Below are positions 37,407 through 47,464 of a DNA stretch of 64,000 nt, piece after piece. The notes under the pieces were generated by a model, which had not been told where the DNA came from, searched no databases, and saw nothing but the letters and a program-made list of their open reading frames with translations. The position numbers and the translations under genes are program-made. Where the stretch lies: positions 14,763 to 78,762 of the forward strand of contig JAHILF010000007.1 of assembly GCA_018897105.1 (NCBI GenBank), given 5' to 3'. This DNA comes from Pseudomonadota bacterium. GTDB taxonomy: Bacteria > Desulfobacterota > Desulfobulbia > Desulfobulbales > SURF-16. Each line of letters begins with the position of its first letter. The stretch's first letter is position 1.

Positions 37407-37667
37407 CCCTGTCTTGAAATTTTTTATGGAATTACCACCGACTTTCAGACATATTACTGGTCCGATCCCTTCAATTTTATTGCAATTTTCATGAGTTTGC
37501 TGTTGCCGGTTTACAGTTTACGGTCTACCAATATCAAAATCTGACAAGACAATTTCCTTAAACTGCCAACTGTAAACTGTCAACTTTATGCTTAATTTCC
37601 CGGTAGATATAATGCTTTGTCCTGACTGGCTGAAAATGGGGGTAATAGCAATCTAATTTGGTAAGAT

Positions 37668-38510
37668 TTATTTCCGCACCCGATAATAAATGCCTCTGTT
37701 GTGCTCCAGCATATCATATTCGTTGCTGTAAAGGCTGATGGATTCGGAGGAACCGAGGAAGAGAATACCGCCCTTGGTGAGAATCCCGGCATACTTGGCA
37801 AAGAGTTCCCTTTTGAATTTTTCCGAAAAGTAGATGGCCACGTTGCGGCAGAAAATGATGTCAAAGGAGCCGAGTTTCATAAAGGGATCCTGCAGATTGA
37901 ATTTTTGAAATTTTACCATTCCCTTTACTTCTGGGGCAATGTGCCACAGACGGCCCTCATCGGTAAAATAGCGGCTCCGGTACTCCGGCAGCAACCCCCG
38001 GTTCACGGCGATTTTGTCATAGGAGCCGCTTTTAGCTTGGGCAAGAACGGAATCGGAGATGTCGGAGGCCATGATTTCGATCATGCCGCGTTTCAGATGG
38101 TTGTTGGTTCGTATGGCCTCAAGAAAAAGAATGGCCAGCGAATAGGGCTCCTGTCCGGTGGAACATGCCGACGACCAGACCCGGATGGTTCTTCTTTTGC
38201 CGGCAGCGATCTCCTGGCAGTATACCGGCAAAAGGATTTCCTTGAAGATATTGAATGGATGCATATCTCGGAACCAGAGGGTTTCATTGGTGGTCATCTG
38301 ATCGATGATCCGATCCCGCAGTATGGGGGGACAGCCGGTTTTGAATTTCTGATAGAATTCGCCAAAGGAGGAGCATCTGTTTTCTGCCACCAGCCCGCAC
38401 AGGCGGTTTTCAATGAGATACCCCTTCCTGTCATCGACGCTGATGCCGCTGATCTCTTCCACCCATCTGCGGATCAGGGCAAATTCCTCAGGCTGCAGTT
38501 TGATATCCAT
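37668..38510 (-). CDS. cheR: Chemotaxis protein methyltransferase
   Basis: ETLWFRD and IRVWSSACSTGQEPYSLAILF (SAM-binding), FCRNVAIYF. Confidence 0.9.
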   Translation of the reverse strand: MDIKLQPEEFALIRRWVEEISGISVDDRKGYLIENRLCGLVAENRCSSFGEFYQKFKTGCPPILRDRIIDQMTTNETLWFRDMHPFNIFKEILLPVYCQEIAAGKRRTIRVWSSACSTGQEPYSLAILFLEAIRTNNHLKRGMIEIMASDISDSVLAQAKSGSYDKIAVNRGLLPEYRSRYFTDEGRLWHIAPEVKGMVKFQKFNLQDPFMKLGSFDIIFCRNVAIYFSEKFKRELFAKYAGILTKGGILFLGSSESISLYSNEYDMLEHNRGIYYRVRK

Positions 38511-38521
38511 TAAAAAGCGCC

Positions 38522-39091
38522 TTAGATTTTGAAATGAGTGAGTTTGGTCATGATCGTTTCGATCGTTGCCGCATCGGCTTTTTTGTCAAGTTGTTCCAGT
38601 AGGGCAATCGCCTCGTTGATGGCAGTCTGCATGGCCTGCAGCCGTTTTTCCAGTGCGTGGGTTTCCCGTCCCGCCTGTTCCTCAACCGTTTCCTTGACCT
38701 GCCGGTACTCCTCAACCTCATGGATTCTGAGCTGGTACTCCCTGATTTTATTGATTTTTTCAATGAGCAGCAGGATGTTGATCGGCTTTTCGATGAAATC
38801 CCTGGCGCCCAGCCGCATGGCCTCCACGGCTGAGTCGACAGAACCGAAGCCGGTGACAATGATCACCTCGGCGGTCAGATCGACTTTCTTGACATAGCGG
38901 AGCACATCGATACCTGATATCTCATGCATCTGCATGTCGGAAATGATAATGTCATAGTGTTCTTTTTCAACGGCGGCTATCGCCTCTTCCCCCGAGTTGA
39001 CCACCGAGATCTCATCATCCGGCAGGATTTTACGCAACCCCTGGTACACGGTGCGGGCATTGGCATCATCATCGACGCAGAGAACCTTCAT
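38522..39091 (-). CDS. CheY-like receiver protein with C-terminal coiled-coil extension
   Basis: MKVLCVDDD...DIIISDMQMHEISG...KP receiver, followed by a heptad-rich tail of about 65 aa. Confidence 0.8.
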   Translation of the reverse strand: MKVLCVDDDANARTVYQGLRKILPDDEISVVNSGEEAIAAVEKEHYDIIISDMQMHEISGIDVLRYVKKVDLTAEVIIVTGFGSVDSAVEAMRLGARDFIEKPINILLLIEKINKIREYQLRIHEVEEYRQVKETVEEQAGRETHALEKRLQAMQTAINEAIALLEQLDKKADAATIETIMTKLTHFKI

Positions 39092-40176
39092 AGCTCATCC
39101 CTCCTGGTTTGGACAATTTCACAGATTCGCTCGGCCATTTTTTCAAGATCGACGGACTCATCGGACAGCCCTGCATCGTCAACGGCCTTGGGCATACCGT
39201 AGACAACACAACTCGCCTCCGACTGGGATAGTGAGTAGCAGTTTTTCTCTTTGAGTTTCATCATGCCGCGCATGCCGTCGTTACCCATGCCGGTCATGAT
39301 CACTGCCAGCACCGCGCTTTCCGGATAACAATCGGCCAGGGAGCGGAAGAGGAAATCCACCGCAGGCCGGCAGCTGTTTTCCTTGGGTCCGTCATCAAGG
39401 CCGATCACCACCTCTTTGCCCTCTCTTCGGACCAGCATGTGCTGTCCGCCCTGGGCCAGCAGGACCGTCCCCGGGGCAACCGGGTCTCCCGCCTCCGCCT
39501 CTTTGACCCGCAGCCGGGATTTGCGGTCAAGGTCCCTGGCCAGGGTGGCGGTAAATTCTACCGGCATGTGCAGGACGATGAGAACCGGCAGCGGAAAATT
39601 GCCGGGCAGGGCTGGAATGAGCTGTATGAGGGCATTGGGGCCGCCGGTGGAGATGCCGATTGCAACCACCTCAAGGTTGCCGGGGGGCGGCGCGGGTGCA
39701 GCTTTACGGAGAGCGGGGCCCGGGACTGCTTGTTTTTCCCGGGGCAGTCTCTCGTTGCGCACTATATGTTGTTGCTGTCTGGTCAGACTTCTGGTCTTCA
39801 GCATGCGAAACAGCGGCTGCAGATCACTGCGCAGCTGTTGCAGGGCTTGCTCACCTTCCGCTTTCTCCGGTTTTTCCACAAAGGCCATGGCCCTTTTTTT
39901 CATGGCTCGGATGGTGGTGCTGCTTTTCCGGCGTATTGATCCGCCGACGATGATGACCTCAACATGGGCAAAATCCCGCTGAATATGGTCAAGACAGTCG
40001 GCATCAATGGTTTCACTGTCGAGCAGGACCACGTCAAAGGGGGTCTGGGCAAGTTTGCGCAGGGCCAGCGAAGCGGAAGGAGCGGTTCCCGCCACCTCCA
40101 CGCCTGCAATGCCGTCCAGGGCCTCGGCCATGAGTTTACGAAAACCAACCGTCTGGTCGACAATGAGTACCTTCAT
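39088..40176 (-). CDS. cheB: Protein-glutamate methylesterase (REC + CheB catalytic domain)
   Basis: N-terminal REC and a C-terminal VVAIGISTGGPNAL...VLHMP...IMTGMGNDG esterase domain. Confidence 0.9.
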   Translation of the reverse strand: MKVLIVDQTVGFRKLMAEALDGIAGVEVAGTAPSASLALRKLAQTPFDVVLLDSETIDADCLDHIQRDFAHVEVIIVGGSIRRKSSTTIRAMKKRAMAFVEKPEKAEGEQALQQLRSDLQPLFRMLKTRSLTRQQQHIVRNERLPREKQAVPGPALRKAAPAPPPGNLEVVAIGISTGGPNALIQLIPALPGNFPLPVLIVLHMPVEFTATLARDLDRKSRLRVKEAEAGDPVAPGTVLLAQGGQHMLVRREGKEVVIGLDDGPKENSCRPAVDFLFRSLADCYPESAVLAVIMTGMGNDGMRGMMKLKEKNCYSLSQSEASCVVYGMPKAVDDAGLSDESVDLEKMAERICEIVQTRRDEL

Positions 40177-40201
40177 CTGTCACCCGGTCCGCCTGTCATC
40201 C

Positions 40202-42436
40202 TCACACCTTGAACTGGTTGACGATTTTCTGCAGCTGGTCAGCCATCCTGGCCAGTTCTGCTGCGCTGGCATTGGTCTCGGTGGCGCCTGCGGCGGTGCT
40301 CTGGGTGGCCTTGTTGATATCCTGAATATTCATGGTGATCTCATTGGCCGCCGTGGAAGCGGACTGGACATTGCTGGCGATCTCACTGGCCCCCTTGGAG
40401 GAATTGCCCACACTCATAGCGATCTCGTCAATGGTAGCCGACTGCTCCTCAACCGCGCTGGCAATGGTATGGGAGATGGTGTTGATTTCGGCAATGATCT
40501 GCACGATGGTGTCGATGGACGCCACCGCATTGGCCGTATTGTCCCGCATGCCCTCGATCTGGGCGCCTATTTCCTCGGTTGCCACTGCCGTCTGCTTGGC
40601 CAGCTCTTTGACCTCGTTGGCGACAACGGCAAAGCCCTTGCCCGCCTCCCCGGCCGAAGCCGCCTCGATGGTGGCGTTCAAGGCCAGCAGATTGGTCTGG
40701 TCGGCAATATCATTGATGGTGTCAAGAACCTTGGCGATCTCAATGGAGGAGCTGTTCAAGCGCTTCATGATCTCGTTGGCGTCGCTGGCCTTTTCATCGG
40801 CATTGGCGGCAACCCTTGAGGCCTGGGTGCAGTTTTTCGATACCTCGCTGAGCGAAGCGCTCATCTCCTCAATGGCGGTGCCCACCGTGCTGACCGAGGT
40901 TGACATCTCCTCGGCCGCTGTGGCCATGTTGTTCATATTGGCGGACAACTCCTCCGCCGCCGTGGCCACGGTGCCTGACTGGGTGCTCATCTCCTCGGCG
41001 CTGGCCGCCATCTCGGTGGAGGTGGCTGACAGTTCCTCGGAGGCCCCGGAAAGGGTGGTAGTGGATGCGGCGATATTTCTGATCATCTCCTGCAGTTTCT
41101 GGATAAAGAGGTTGAAATACTCGGCCAGATTGCCCACCTCGTCTTTAGAGCTGACTTCGATCCTCTTGGTGAGATCACCCTCGCCCTGGGCGATATCTTT
41201 GAGCATGCTCACGGTCCTGTCAATGGGTTTCGAGATGGAACGGGCCACAAACCACAGGGCCAGCAGCGACAGGACCAGGGCGGCAAGCACCGTGCCGCTG
41301 ATACGCAGCAGCATGGATTGCAGCTGGTCATTGACCGCAGTCTCCATCTCCGCCACCCGCACGTCGATATCGTGCATCCAGACCCCGGTGCCGATAACCC
41401 AGTTGAGCGGTTTGAACAGTCGGGCATAGCTCAGCTTGGGCTGGTTCTCCGTCTGGCCATCCTTGTTCAGCCGCGGCCAGACATAATCCACATAGCCGTC
41501 GCCGTTCTGCAGACTGACGTCCACCATGGCCTTGAACAGGTTCTCATTGCGGCCCATGGCCTGATTGTATTTCGGGTCATTCATGATCTTTCCTTCCAGG
41601 GAGGGATCCATGGGGTGCATGACGGTGACCGGATAGGGGGTGGTGGTGTCCAAGATGAAAAAGTAGTTCTCACCATTGTCATAACGCATGTTTCTCACAT
41701 CGTTCTTGGCCTTTTCAATGGCGTCATGCATGGCCTCGTCCACATAGATGCCGGTGCCGAGAACCCAGTTCCACTCCTTGATGAGGCGGACATAGGAGAG
41801 CTTGAGCTGTTCCTCGGTCAAGCCGTCCTTTGTCGGGCGAGGCCAGGTGTAATCAACAAATCCCTCACCGTTTGCCATAGAGACGTCCACCATGGCCTTG
41901 AACAGATTTTCCTTGCGGCTCAGGGCCCGGTTGTATTTGGGGTCATCCATCACCTTGCCTTCCAGGGAGGGGTCGACAGGATGCATGATGATGGTGGGGT
42001 AGGGCCGGGTGATATCGGTGATGAAAACATAACCTGCGCCGTGGTCATACCGGATCTGGCGGATTTCATCAGCCGCCCACTGCTGGGCTCTGGCAACGGT
42101 AAATTCACCTTTGGCCACCCTGTTCATCGCCTCTTTGACCTTGCCCTCGGCAATATCGATGGTATTGGTCAGCTGCCGGCCGTAACGCCTGCCGAGATAA
42201 GCGGGGTCGGTGGCGCTGGCGTAATTGGACTCAATGGTCGTGTAGGCGATGTCTACGTAGTTTTTGAGGAGGGCCTTCACCTTTTCCGTTTCCTTGACCC
42301 GGAAGACATCGACCTCCTTCTGGGCATTGCTCCGGATATTCTGGATGACAATGGCTGAAGTCAAAAGCATGGCCAAGAGCAGGAGAATACCGCTGCTGGT
42401 AATGATTTTCCAGCGGATTTTTAGATTTTTGAACAT
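40202..42436 (-). CDS. Methyl-accepting chemotaxis protein with two tandem Cache-like periplasmic modules
   Basis: TM helix, two ~108-aa repeats (..RYD.G..Y.FI.D...PYP...MHP.DPSLEGK.M.DPKYN...), HAMP, and the MCP signalling domain ([37 protein letters not shown]). The ATG at 42436 follows AGGAGG-8 nt. Confidence 0.9.
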   Translation of the reverse strand: MFKNLKIRWKIITSSGILLLLAMLLTSAIVIQNIRSNAQKEVDVFRVKETEKVKALLKNYVDIAYTTIESNYASATDPAYLGRRYGRQLTNTIDIAEGKVKEAMNRVAKGEFTVARAQQWAADEIRQIRYDHGAGYVFITDITRPYPTIIMHPVDPSLEGKVMDDPKYNRALSRKENLFKAMVDVSMANGEGFVDYTWPRPTKDGLTEEQLKLSYVRLIKEWNWVLGTGIYVDEAMHDAIEKAKNDVRNMRYDNGENYFFILDTTTPYPVTVMHPMDPSLEGKIMNDPKYNQAMGRNENLFKAMVDVSLQNGDGYVDYVWPRLNKDGQTENQPKLSYARLFKPLNWVIGTGVWMHDIDVRVAEMETAVNDQLQSMLLRISGTVLAALVLSLLALWFVARSISKPIDRTVSMLKDIAQGEGDLTKRIEVSSKDEVGNLAEYFNLFIQKLQEMIRNIAASTTTLSGASEELSATSTEMAASAEEMSTQSGTVATAAEELSANMNNMATAAEEMSTSVSTVGTAIEEMSASLSEVSKNCTQASRVAANADEKASDANEIMKRLNSSSIEIAKVLDTINDIADQTNLLALNATIEAASAGEAGKGFAVVANEVKELAKQTAVATEEIGAQIEGMRDNTANAVASIDTIVQIIAEINTISHTIASAVEEQSATIDEIAMSVGNSSKGASEIASNVQSASTAANEITMNIQDINKATQSTAAGATETNASAAELARMADQLQKIVNQFKV

Positions 42437-42538
42437 AAAAAAGGCCTCCTTTAACATTTTCCTCCGGCAGCAGTGTCGCCTGTGGAGATACATTCATGGA
42501 TGGAACATGCCATGAATAAATTTTTACGAATTATTCTT

Positions 42539-43009
42539 TTAACAGCTCAGCGCCTCACCGATTTTGAGGATGACCAGAAGATCGGCTTCACGCTGGATGA
42601 CACCGCTCAGGTACCTGCTGTCGATATTGCCGAAATTGGCTGGCGGGGCCTGGATTTCTCTGTCGTCCACCGTGATCATGTCTCCGATCCGGTCGACAAA
42701 AAGACCTACCATTTCGCTGGTTGTTTCCTCTTCAATCTCAGCGGACTGGGGCAGCTGGGCAAGCTCTGCCGTTGTCTTGAGCACGATGCAGCGGGAACGG
42801 GGAGTGGGCTTACGGGCCGCAAAGCCCAGCCGGACACTGATATCGATCACCGTAATGATCTGGCCCCGCAGATTGAGCAGGCCGCGGATAAAAACCGGAG
42901 CCCCGGCGACTTCACTGATCTCCAGCTGCCGGTTGATTTCCTTGACCAGCAGTATATCTATGCCGCAGTGCATCTCGTCGATATAGAAGGTGGTAAATTG
43001 TTTTTCCAT
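42539..43009 (-). CDS. cheW: Chemotaxis coupling protein
   Basis: 156 aa. FYIDEMHCGIDILLVKEI...PVFIRGLLNLRGQIITVIDI is typical of CheW. Confidence 0.9.
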   Translation of the reverse strand: MEKQFTTFYIDEMHCGIDILLVKEINRQLEISEVAGAPVFIRGLLNLRGQIITVIDISVRLGFAARKPTPRSRCIVLKTTAELAQLPQSAEIEEETTSEMVGLFVDRIGDMITVDDREIQAPPANFGNIDSRYLSGVIQREADLLVILKIGEALSC

Positions 43010-43039
43010 GGTCTCTCTTCCTGTGGCCGGCGCCGTTGA

Positions 43040-46000
43040 TTACCTGCCGCCTGCCGGCGGCAGGTGCCTGTCTGGTCTGGCGGCCATGACTTCACCTATG
43101 GTCTGCAACAGATGCTCCCTGTCCAGTTTGGTTTCATAGGCGTCCACCCCGGCGGCCATGATGCGGGCACGGTCGCTTTCCCCCATGAGAGAGGTGAGGG
43201 CGATGACCGGCATATGGCTGAAAGCGGCCGCATCACGGACCCGTTCGGTTAATTCGATGCCGTCAAGACCCGGCATGACGATATCGGTGACCAGCAGATC
43301 ATATTCGCCCTGGCCCAGCATCTCCCAGGCCTCCAGGCCGTCATTGGCCACAGTGACCTCGTAGCCCACGCTTTCCAGATAGTTATGGATTACGGTGCGG
43401 AAAAAGCCGGTATCTTCGGCCAGCAGGACCCTGAGGCCGCGCAGATTGACATGTGCGATCTCGGCCTTGGCCCGGTCCGGGTCCGCTGCCTCAAAAAGGC
43501 TGTAGATGTTGAGCACCACGATCAGTCCCTCTGCCAGCAACAGGGAGCCGATGATGCCGGTGCCCCGAATCGTTTTACGGTTGATCTCCTCGCTGGTGGC
43601 AATGATGTCCACAATCTTGTCGGCTACGATGCCCATGGGATCGGAAACCAGTTTTGGGATGATCACATAAAAGGTCTCCGGGGTTGCGGTCGGTTCCTGC
43701 ACCGGCAGGAAATGATGCAGACGGAGAATGCGCATGGAGGAGTCTTCATGGGTGATGTACTCCAGGCTGCCGATCTGCCTGATGCTTGATGTGTGAATTT
43801 TTTCGATGCGTGCCACCATGGCCAGGTTGACGGCAAACAGTTCGCCCGTGCCGTTGCGAAAGAGCAGCAGGGACTGGGACTCCCGCATGGCTTCGCGTTG
43901 AAAGCGGTCGGCCTGGAGGGCGCCTTCTTTTTTAATGGCGTCTGTGAACCTGAGCCGTGCTGCCTCGGCGATGCCGGCGGCGTCAAGGATCATCGCCACC
44001 CGGCCGTCGCCCATGATCGTTGTGCCGCAATAGAAGTGGCAATTGCTGAAATAGGATGACAGGGGTTTGACCACGATCTCCTCGTTGTCAAAAAGTCGCT
44101 CAACGATGAGGCCGTAACGGTCCGTGCCGACCTTGAGCACCAGGATATTGAGGGCATTGGAGGACCTTTCCCGGCGGGGCGGCAATTGCCGCCTGTCCTG
44201 CATCTCTTTTTCGGTTTCGGTAGGGTTTTCATCGTCGCTGTCAGTGCTGCTCCCCCTCCGGTCGATGATGCCCTGGCGCAGGTCCGGACGGCGCACCCCT
44301 TTGCTGTCCACAAAGGTGCGTTCCATGCCAAGGGTTTCGTCAAGTCTGATCAGCGGCAGCAATTTATTGCGCAGGCGGAGAACGGGATTATTCTGGATTT
44401 CCTCAATTTTTGCGTCAATATCCTGGGCCCTGATGCGGACCAGTTCCTCCATGTTGACCTGGGGCACGGCAAAGGTGCGGCCTCCGGTGCTGATGATCAG
44501 CGAAGGAATGATGGCCAGGGTCAGGGGCAGCTTGAGGTTGATCCGTGTGCCCTTGCCCGGAGTGGAGTCAATCACCACCTCGCCGCCCAGTTTTTCGATG
44601 TTGGTGCGCACCACGTCCATGCCGACGCCCCGGCCGGACACATCGCTTACCACCTTGGCGGTGGAAAGGCCGGGGGTGAGGATGAGCGCCATGGCCTCCT
44701 GCTCGGTCAGCATGGCCGCCTCTTCCCTGGTGATGCATCCTGTGGAGATTGCCTTCTCCACAATGCGCTCCACATCAAGGCCGGCCCCGTCATCAATGAT
44801 ATCGATGTTGACCAGGCCTGCCTCATGGTGGGCCCGTAAGAAAATTTTGCCAAACGAGGTCTTGCCCGCGGCAATGCGGACCTCCGGAGTCTCGATGCCA
44901 TGGTCCGCGCAGTTGCGGATCAGATGGGTCAAAGGGTCGCCCAAGGTTTCGATGACCGATTTGTCCAGCTCCACATCGCTACCTTCCACAGTCAGCTGGA
45001 TCTCCTTGCCCAGTTTTTTCGCCATATCGCGGATGATGCGGGGAAACTTGGAAAACACCGCATCAATGGGCTGCATGCGGGTGTTCATGATCGTGTTCTG
45101 CAGCTTGCTGGTAACCAGATCGACATTCTGCATGAGTCCGGAAATGCCGGGCATGTCAATGAGATTGAACCCGAGTGAGTAGCGGAAGTTGTTGAGAATC
45201 TGGCCAAGCTCCCGGTCCACCGAGGCCAGCAGGCGATCATTTTTCTTGTTTTCGTCTTTGAGGCGCGGGTCGCTCTGAAGAGAGCTGTGCAGCACCTTGC
45301 GGGAGTTGACCAGCCCCGCCTCAAAACGTTTGAGGGAGGCAGTGGAGGAAAGCGCGCTGGAGATCTTGCGATTAAGGGCCTGTTTCATCTGGTTTCTGCC
45401 CAGGACAAGTTCTCCGGCCAGGGCCATCAGGTTGTTGAGCAGGCTGACCTTGACGCGAATGGTTTCAACCTTTTCCTGTTTTTTTGGTTTGCGCAGAGCA
45501 GCAGTAGCCTCTCCGCTCTCCTGTGGCTGCCCGGCCGGTACTTCCTGTGCTTTTTTGCCGTGGGCGGCAATGCTTGCCGTAACACATTGACCGTCGGCAA
45601 GTCCCATGGTCTTGGCAAGAAAATCCTGATCCAGCACCGTGGCATACAGGATAGTCAGGGTTGCCGGCTGCTCCTCTTCGCCGGTCAAGGCCGCGATATC
45701 AGCCTGGGGCGGATCAGCGGCAATGATGTCGCCTATCTCGGCCAGGGAGGTGAGCAATTGCGCGCCGTTGCGATTCCGGCCTCCCAGGTCTGCCGGACAA
45801 AGGATGGAGAGGTGATAGAGATGTTGGCCGTTGCGTATACGGTCGCAGATCTGCTCGGCAGTGAGGCCGAAACGGTCTACCGAGACGGCATCCGGGCTTT
45901 CCTGGGCGTTTTTTTCCACAACTGGCGGGGCGGGAAGAGCACCGTCCTGCAGGAGTTGCAGCAGACGATTGCAATCCGCCTCGATGGAGCAGGTCTCGGA

Positions 46001-46327
46001 TGCCTTGGCATCATCAAGCATCAGGCGCAGTTTATCCACCCCGGCCAGCAGAGCATCGGTCATGGTCGGGGTGATGGCCAGTTTTCCGTCGCGCACCTGC
46101 ATGAGCACGCTTTCCATGGCGTGGCTGAGCGCCTGGATGTTTTTCAGGCCGTAGAAACCGAAACCTCCCTTGATGCTGTGGATGGCCCGGAAAATGGTAT
46201 TGATGATTTCCGAGGAGACCATGCCACCCTCCTTTTCAAGGGCAAGGAGGTTGGGCTCTATTTTTTCGAGATGCTCCTTTGATTCAATAATCAATTCATC
46301 CAGTATGGCATCATCAGTTGCTGACAT
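43040..46327 (-). CDS. cheA: Chemotaxis histidine kinase CheA hybrid (Hpt, dimerisation, HATPase, two CheW-like domains, C-terminal REC)
   Basis: Hpt AIHSIKGGFGFYGL; ATPase HLIRNCADHGIE...DDGAGLD...GRGVGMDVV; two CheW-like modules; REC LRVLLAEDTGF...LLVTDIVMPGLDG. Confidence 0.9.
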   Translation of the reverse strand: MSATDDAILDELIIESKEHLEKIEPNLLALEKEGGMVSSEIINTIFRAIHSIKGGFGFYGLKNIQALSHAMESVLMQVRDGKLAITPTMTDALLAGVDKLRLMLDDAKASETCSIEADCNRLLQLLQDGALPAPPVVEKNAQESPDAVSVDRFGLTAEQICDRIRNGQHLYHLSILCPADLGGRNRNGAQLLTSLAEIGDIIAADPPQADIAALTGEEEQPATLTILYATVLDQDFLAKTMGLADGQCVTASIAAHGKKAQEVPAGQPQESGEATAALRKPKKQEKVETIRVKVSLLNNLMALAGELVLGRNQMKQALNRKISSALSSTASLKRFEAGLVNSRKVLHSSLQSDPRLKDENKKNDRLLASVDRELGQILNNFRYSLGFNLIDMPGISGLMQNVDLVTSKLQNTIMNTRMQPIDAVFSKFPRIIRDMAKKLGKEIQLTVEGSDVELDKSVIETLGDPLTHLIRNCADHGIETPEVRIAAGKTSFGKIFLRAHHEAGLVNIDIIDDGAGLDVERIVEKAISTGCITREEAAMLTEQEAMALILTPGLSTAKVVSDVSGRGVGMDVVRTNIEKLGGEVVIDSTPGKGTRINLKLPLTLAIIPSLIISTGGRTFAVPQVNMEELVRIRAQDIDAKIEEIQNNPVLRLRNKLLPLIRLDETLGMERTFVDSKGVRRPDLRQGIIDRRGSSTDSDDENPTETEKEMQDRRQLPPRRERSSNALNILVLKVGTDRYGLIVERLFDNEEIVVKPLSSYFSNCHFYCGTTIMGDGRVAMILDAAGIAEAARLRFTDAIKKEGALQADRFQREAMRESQSLLLFRNGTGELFAVNLAMVARIEKIHTSSIRQIGSLEYITHEDSSMRILRLHHFLPVQEPTATPETFYVIIPKLVSDPMGIVADKIVDIIATSEEINRKTIRGTGIIGSLLLAEGLIVVLNIYSLFEAADPDRAKAEIAHVNLRGLRVLLAEDTGFFRTVIHNYLESVGYEVTVANDGLEAWEMLGQGEYDLLVTDIVMPGLDGIELTERVRDAAAFSHMPVIALTSLMGESDRARIMAAGVDAYETKLDREHLLQTIGEVMAARPDRHLPPAGGR

Positions 46328-46735
46328 CGTTTACGTCCTTTGAAAAGAGAAGAGAACTCGGCAAATACACAACGAAACAGGCTGAGCAAAAGATCAACTA
46401 CCGGCGGAATCAAACAGTTAACTGATAATAAGTACAGGCTATATCAGCCTGTCTTAGTATGGAAAGATTCTATGATATTTAGATAATTAATGTCAAAAAA
46501 TATTACATTTTGGAAATAGGGTATGGTTAAAACAGAAGGTTATGCGAGGCTCTCTCTTGGAAAGGAACTGCGGGCAGCGCCCATTATTCCGGCTCAGCAA
46601 ATTGGGAAAAATTCTTGCAGGCCATTTGATCTCAGTTTGAGTAAACGGAATTCCTGCCGGACCAAAACGCAGCTAAGTTTTCATTGGCACTGAAAGTTTA
46701 CTTCAGTCCTTGATAAGGTAAAACCACCAACCGGA

Positions 46736-46813
46736 GAGCCGGATGCGGGAGATCCGCAAGTGACCGGTTCGAGGGAGGGGCGGGGCATTCCAATGCTCCG
46801 TTCCTATCCCTAT
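46736..46813 (+). mobile_element. Group II intron 3' remnant: domain V + domain VI and 3' splice site
   Basis: 46736-46770 GAGCCGGATGCGGGAGATCCGCAAGTGACCGGTTC resembles the DV consensus (GAGCCGUAU..GNRA..ACGGUUC, AGC triad). 46773-46813 folds as DVI: GGGA/UCCC plus an 11-bp helix, with a bulged A seven nt from an ...AU 3' end. No RT ORF lies upstream, so the intron is truncated. Confidence 0.65.
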
Positions 46814-46881
46814 AGCAGGCGCTTGAAGAGCCGGGATGGTCGGACCGGATGACCTCATGTGATCTGGCAGCACTGGGCCCG

Positions 46882-47031
46882 TAAGGCCGGGAGACAGATT
46901 AAATTTTTCCTCCAGCCTGAGGGGACTGAATTTTTTTCGCGGTTTTGGCGAAAATCATTCTGTCCCCGGCTTTGGCAAAGGAAAAATAAAATCGGTCCCC
47001 TCTGTAGCTCATTTTTAAGTTAATGAAATTG
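46882..47031. mobile_element. MITE copy lacking its left terminal repeat
   Basis: Near-identical to 47301-47449. It ends with the right TIR TTAAGTTAATGAAATTG followed by ATTTAATACT. Confidence 0.5.
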
Positions 47032-47046
47032 ATTTAATACTTGGTA

Positions 47047-47111
47047 GTGCGAATGTTGAAGTTAACCCTAGGGAGGGGCGGGGCATTCCAATGCTCCGTT
47101 CCTATCCCTAT
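47047..47111 (+). mobile_element. Internally deleted group II intron remnant (5' GTGCG end fused to domain VI)
   Basis: GTGCGAATGTTGAAGTTAACCCTA is joined directly to a second copy of the 41-nt DVI (47071-47111). The same flanking sequence as after 46813 follows. Confidence 0.45.
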
Positions 47112-47286
47112 AGCAGGTGCTTGAAGATCCGGGATTGTCGGACCGGATGACCTCACGTGATCTGGCAGCACTGGGCCCGCGTATCACTCAGCATATCAAT
47201 CCCTATGGACGTTTCGAGTTGGATATGGAGACCCGACTCCCGCTTGCGGCCTGATTGAAGAGGCGGTCATCGGACAATTTAATACT

Positions 47287-47449
47287 CAATGTCGTTAACT
47301 TAAGGCCGGGGACAGATTAAATTTTTCCTCCGGCCTGAGGGGACTGAATTTTTTTCGCGGTTTTGGCGAAAATCATTCTGTCCCCGGCTTTGGCAAAGGA
47401 AAAATAAAATCGGTCCCCTCTGCAGCTCATTTTTAAGTTATTGACATTG
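47287..47449. mobile_element. 163-bp MITE with terminal inverted repeats and 10-bp target duplication
   Basis: Left TIR CAATGTCGTTAACTTAA (47287-47303) and right TIR TTAAGTTATTGACATTG (47433-47449). It is flanked by ATTTAATACT (47277-86) and ATTTGATACT (47450-59). Confidence 0.6.
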
Positions 47450-47464
47450 ATTTGATACTTGGTG

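Noticed and set aside
46330-46735. Remnant reverse-transcriptase/maturase ORF or tRNA upstream of intron domain V
   Set aside because: No frame gives RT or maturase-like motifs, and no ORF of 60 aa or more is listed. No cloverleaf or T-loop (GGTTCGAATCC-like) sequence is seen. The region probably holds the cheA promoter plus degraded intron sequence.
46814-47178. Diversity-generating retroelement TR/VR pair (two ~70-nt near-identical copies next to retroelement debris)
   Set aside because: The four differences between the copies are C/T, G/T, G/T and T/C, not adenine-specific. No reverse transcriptase or target gene with a C-terminal variable region is present.
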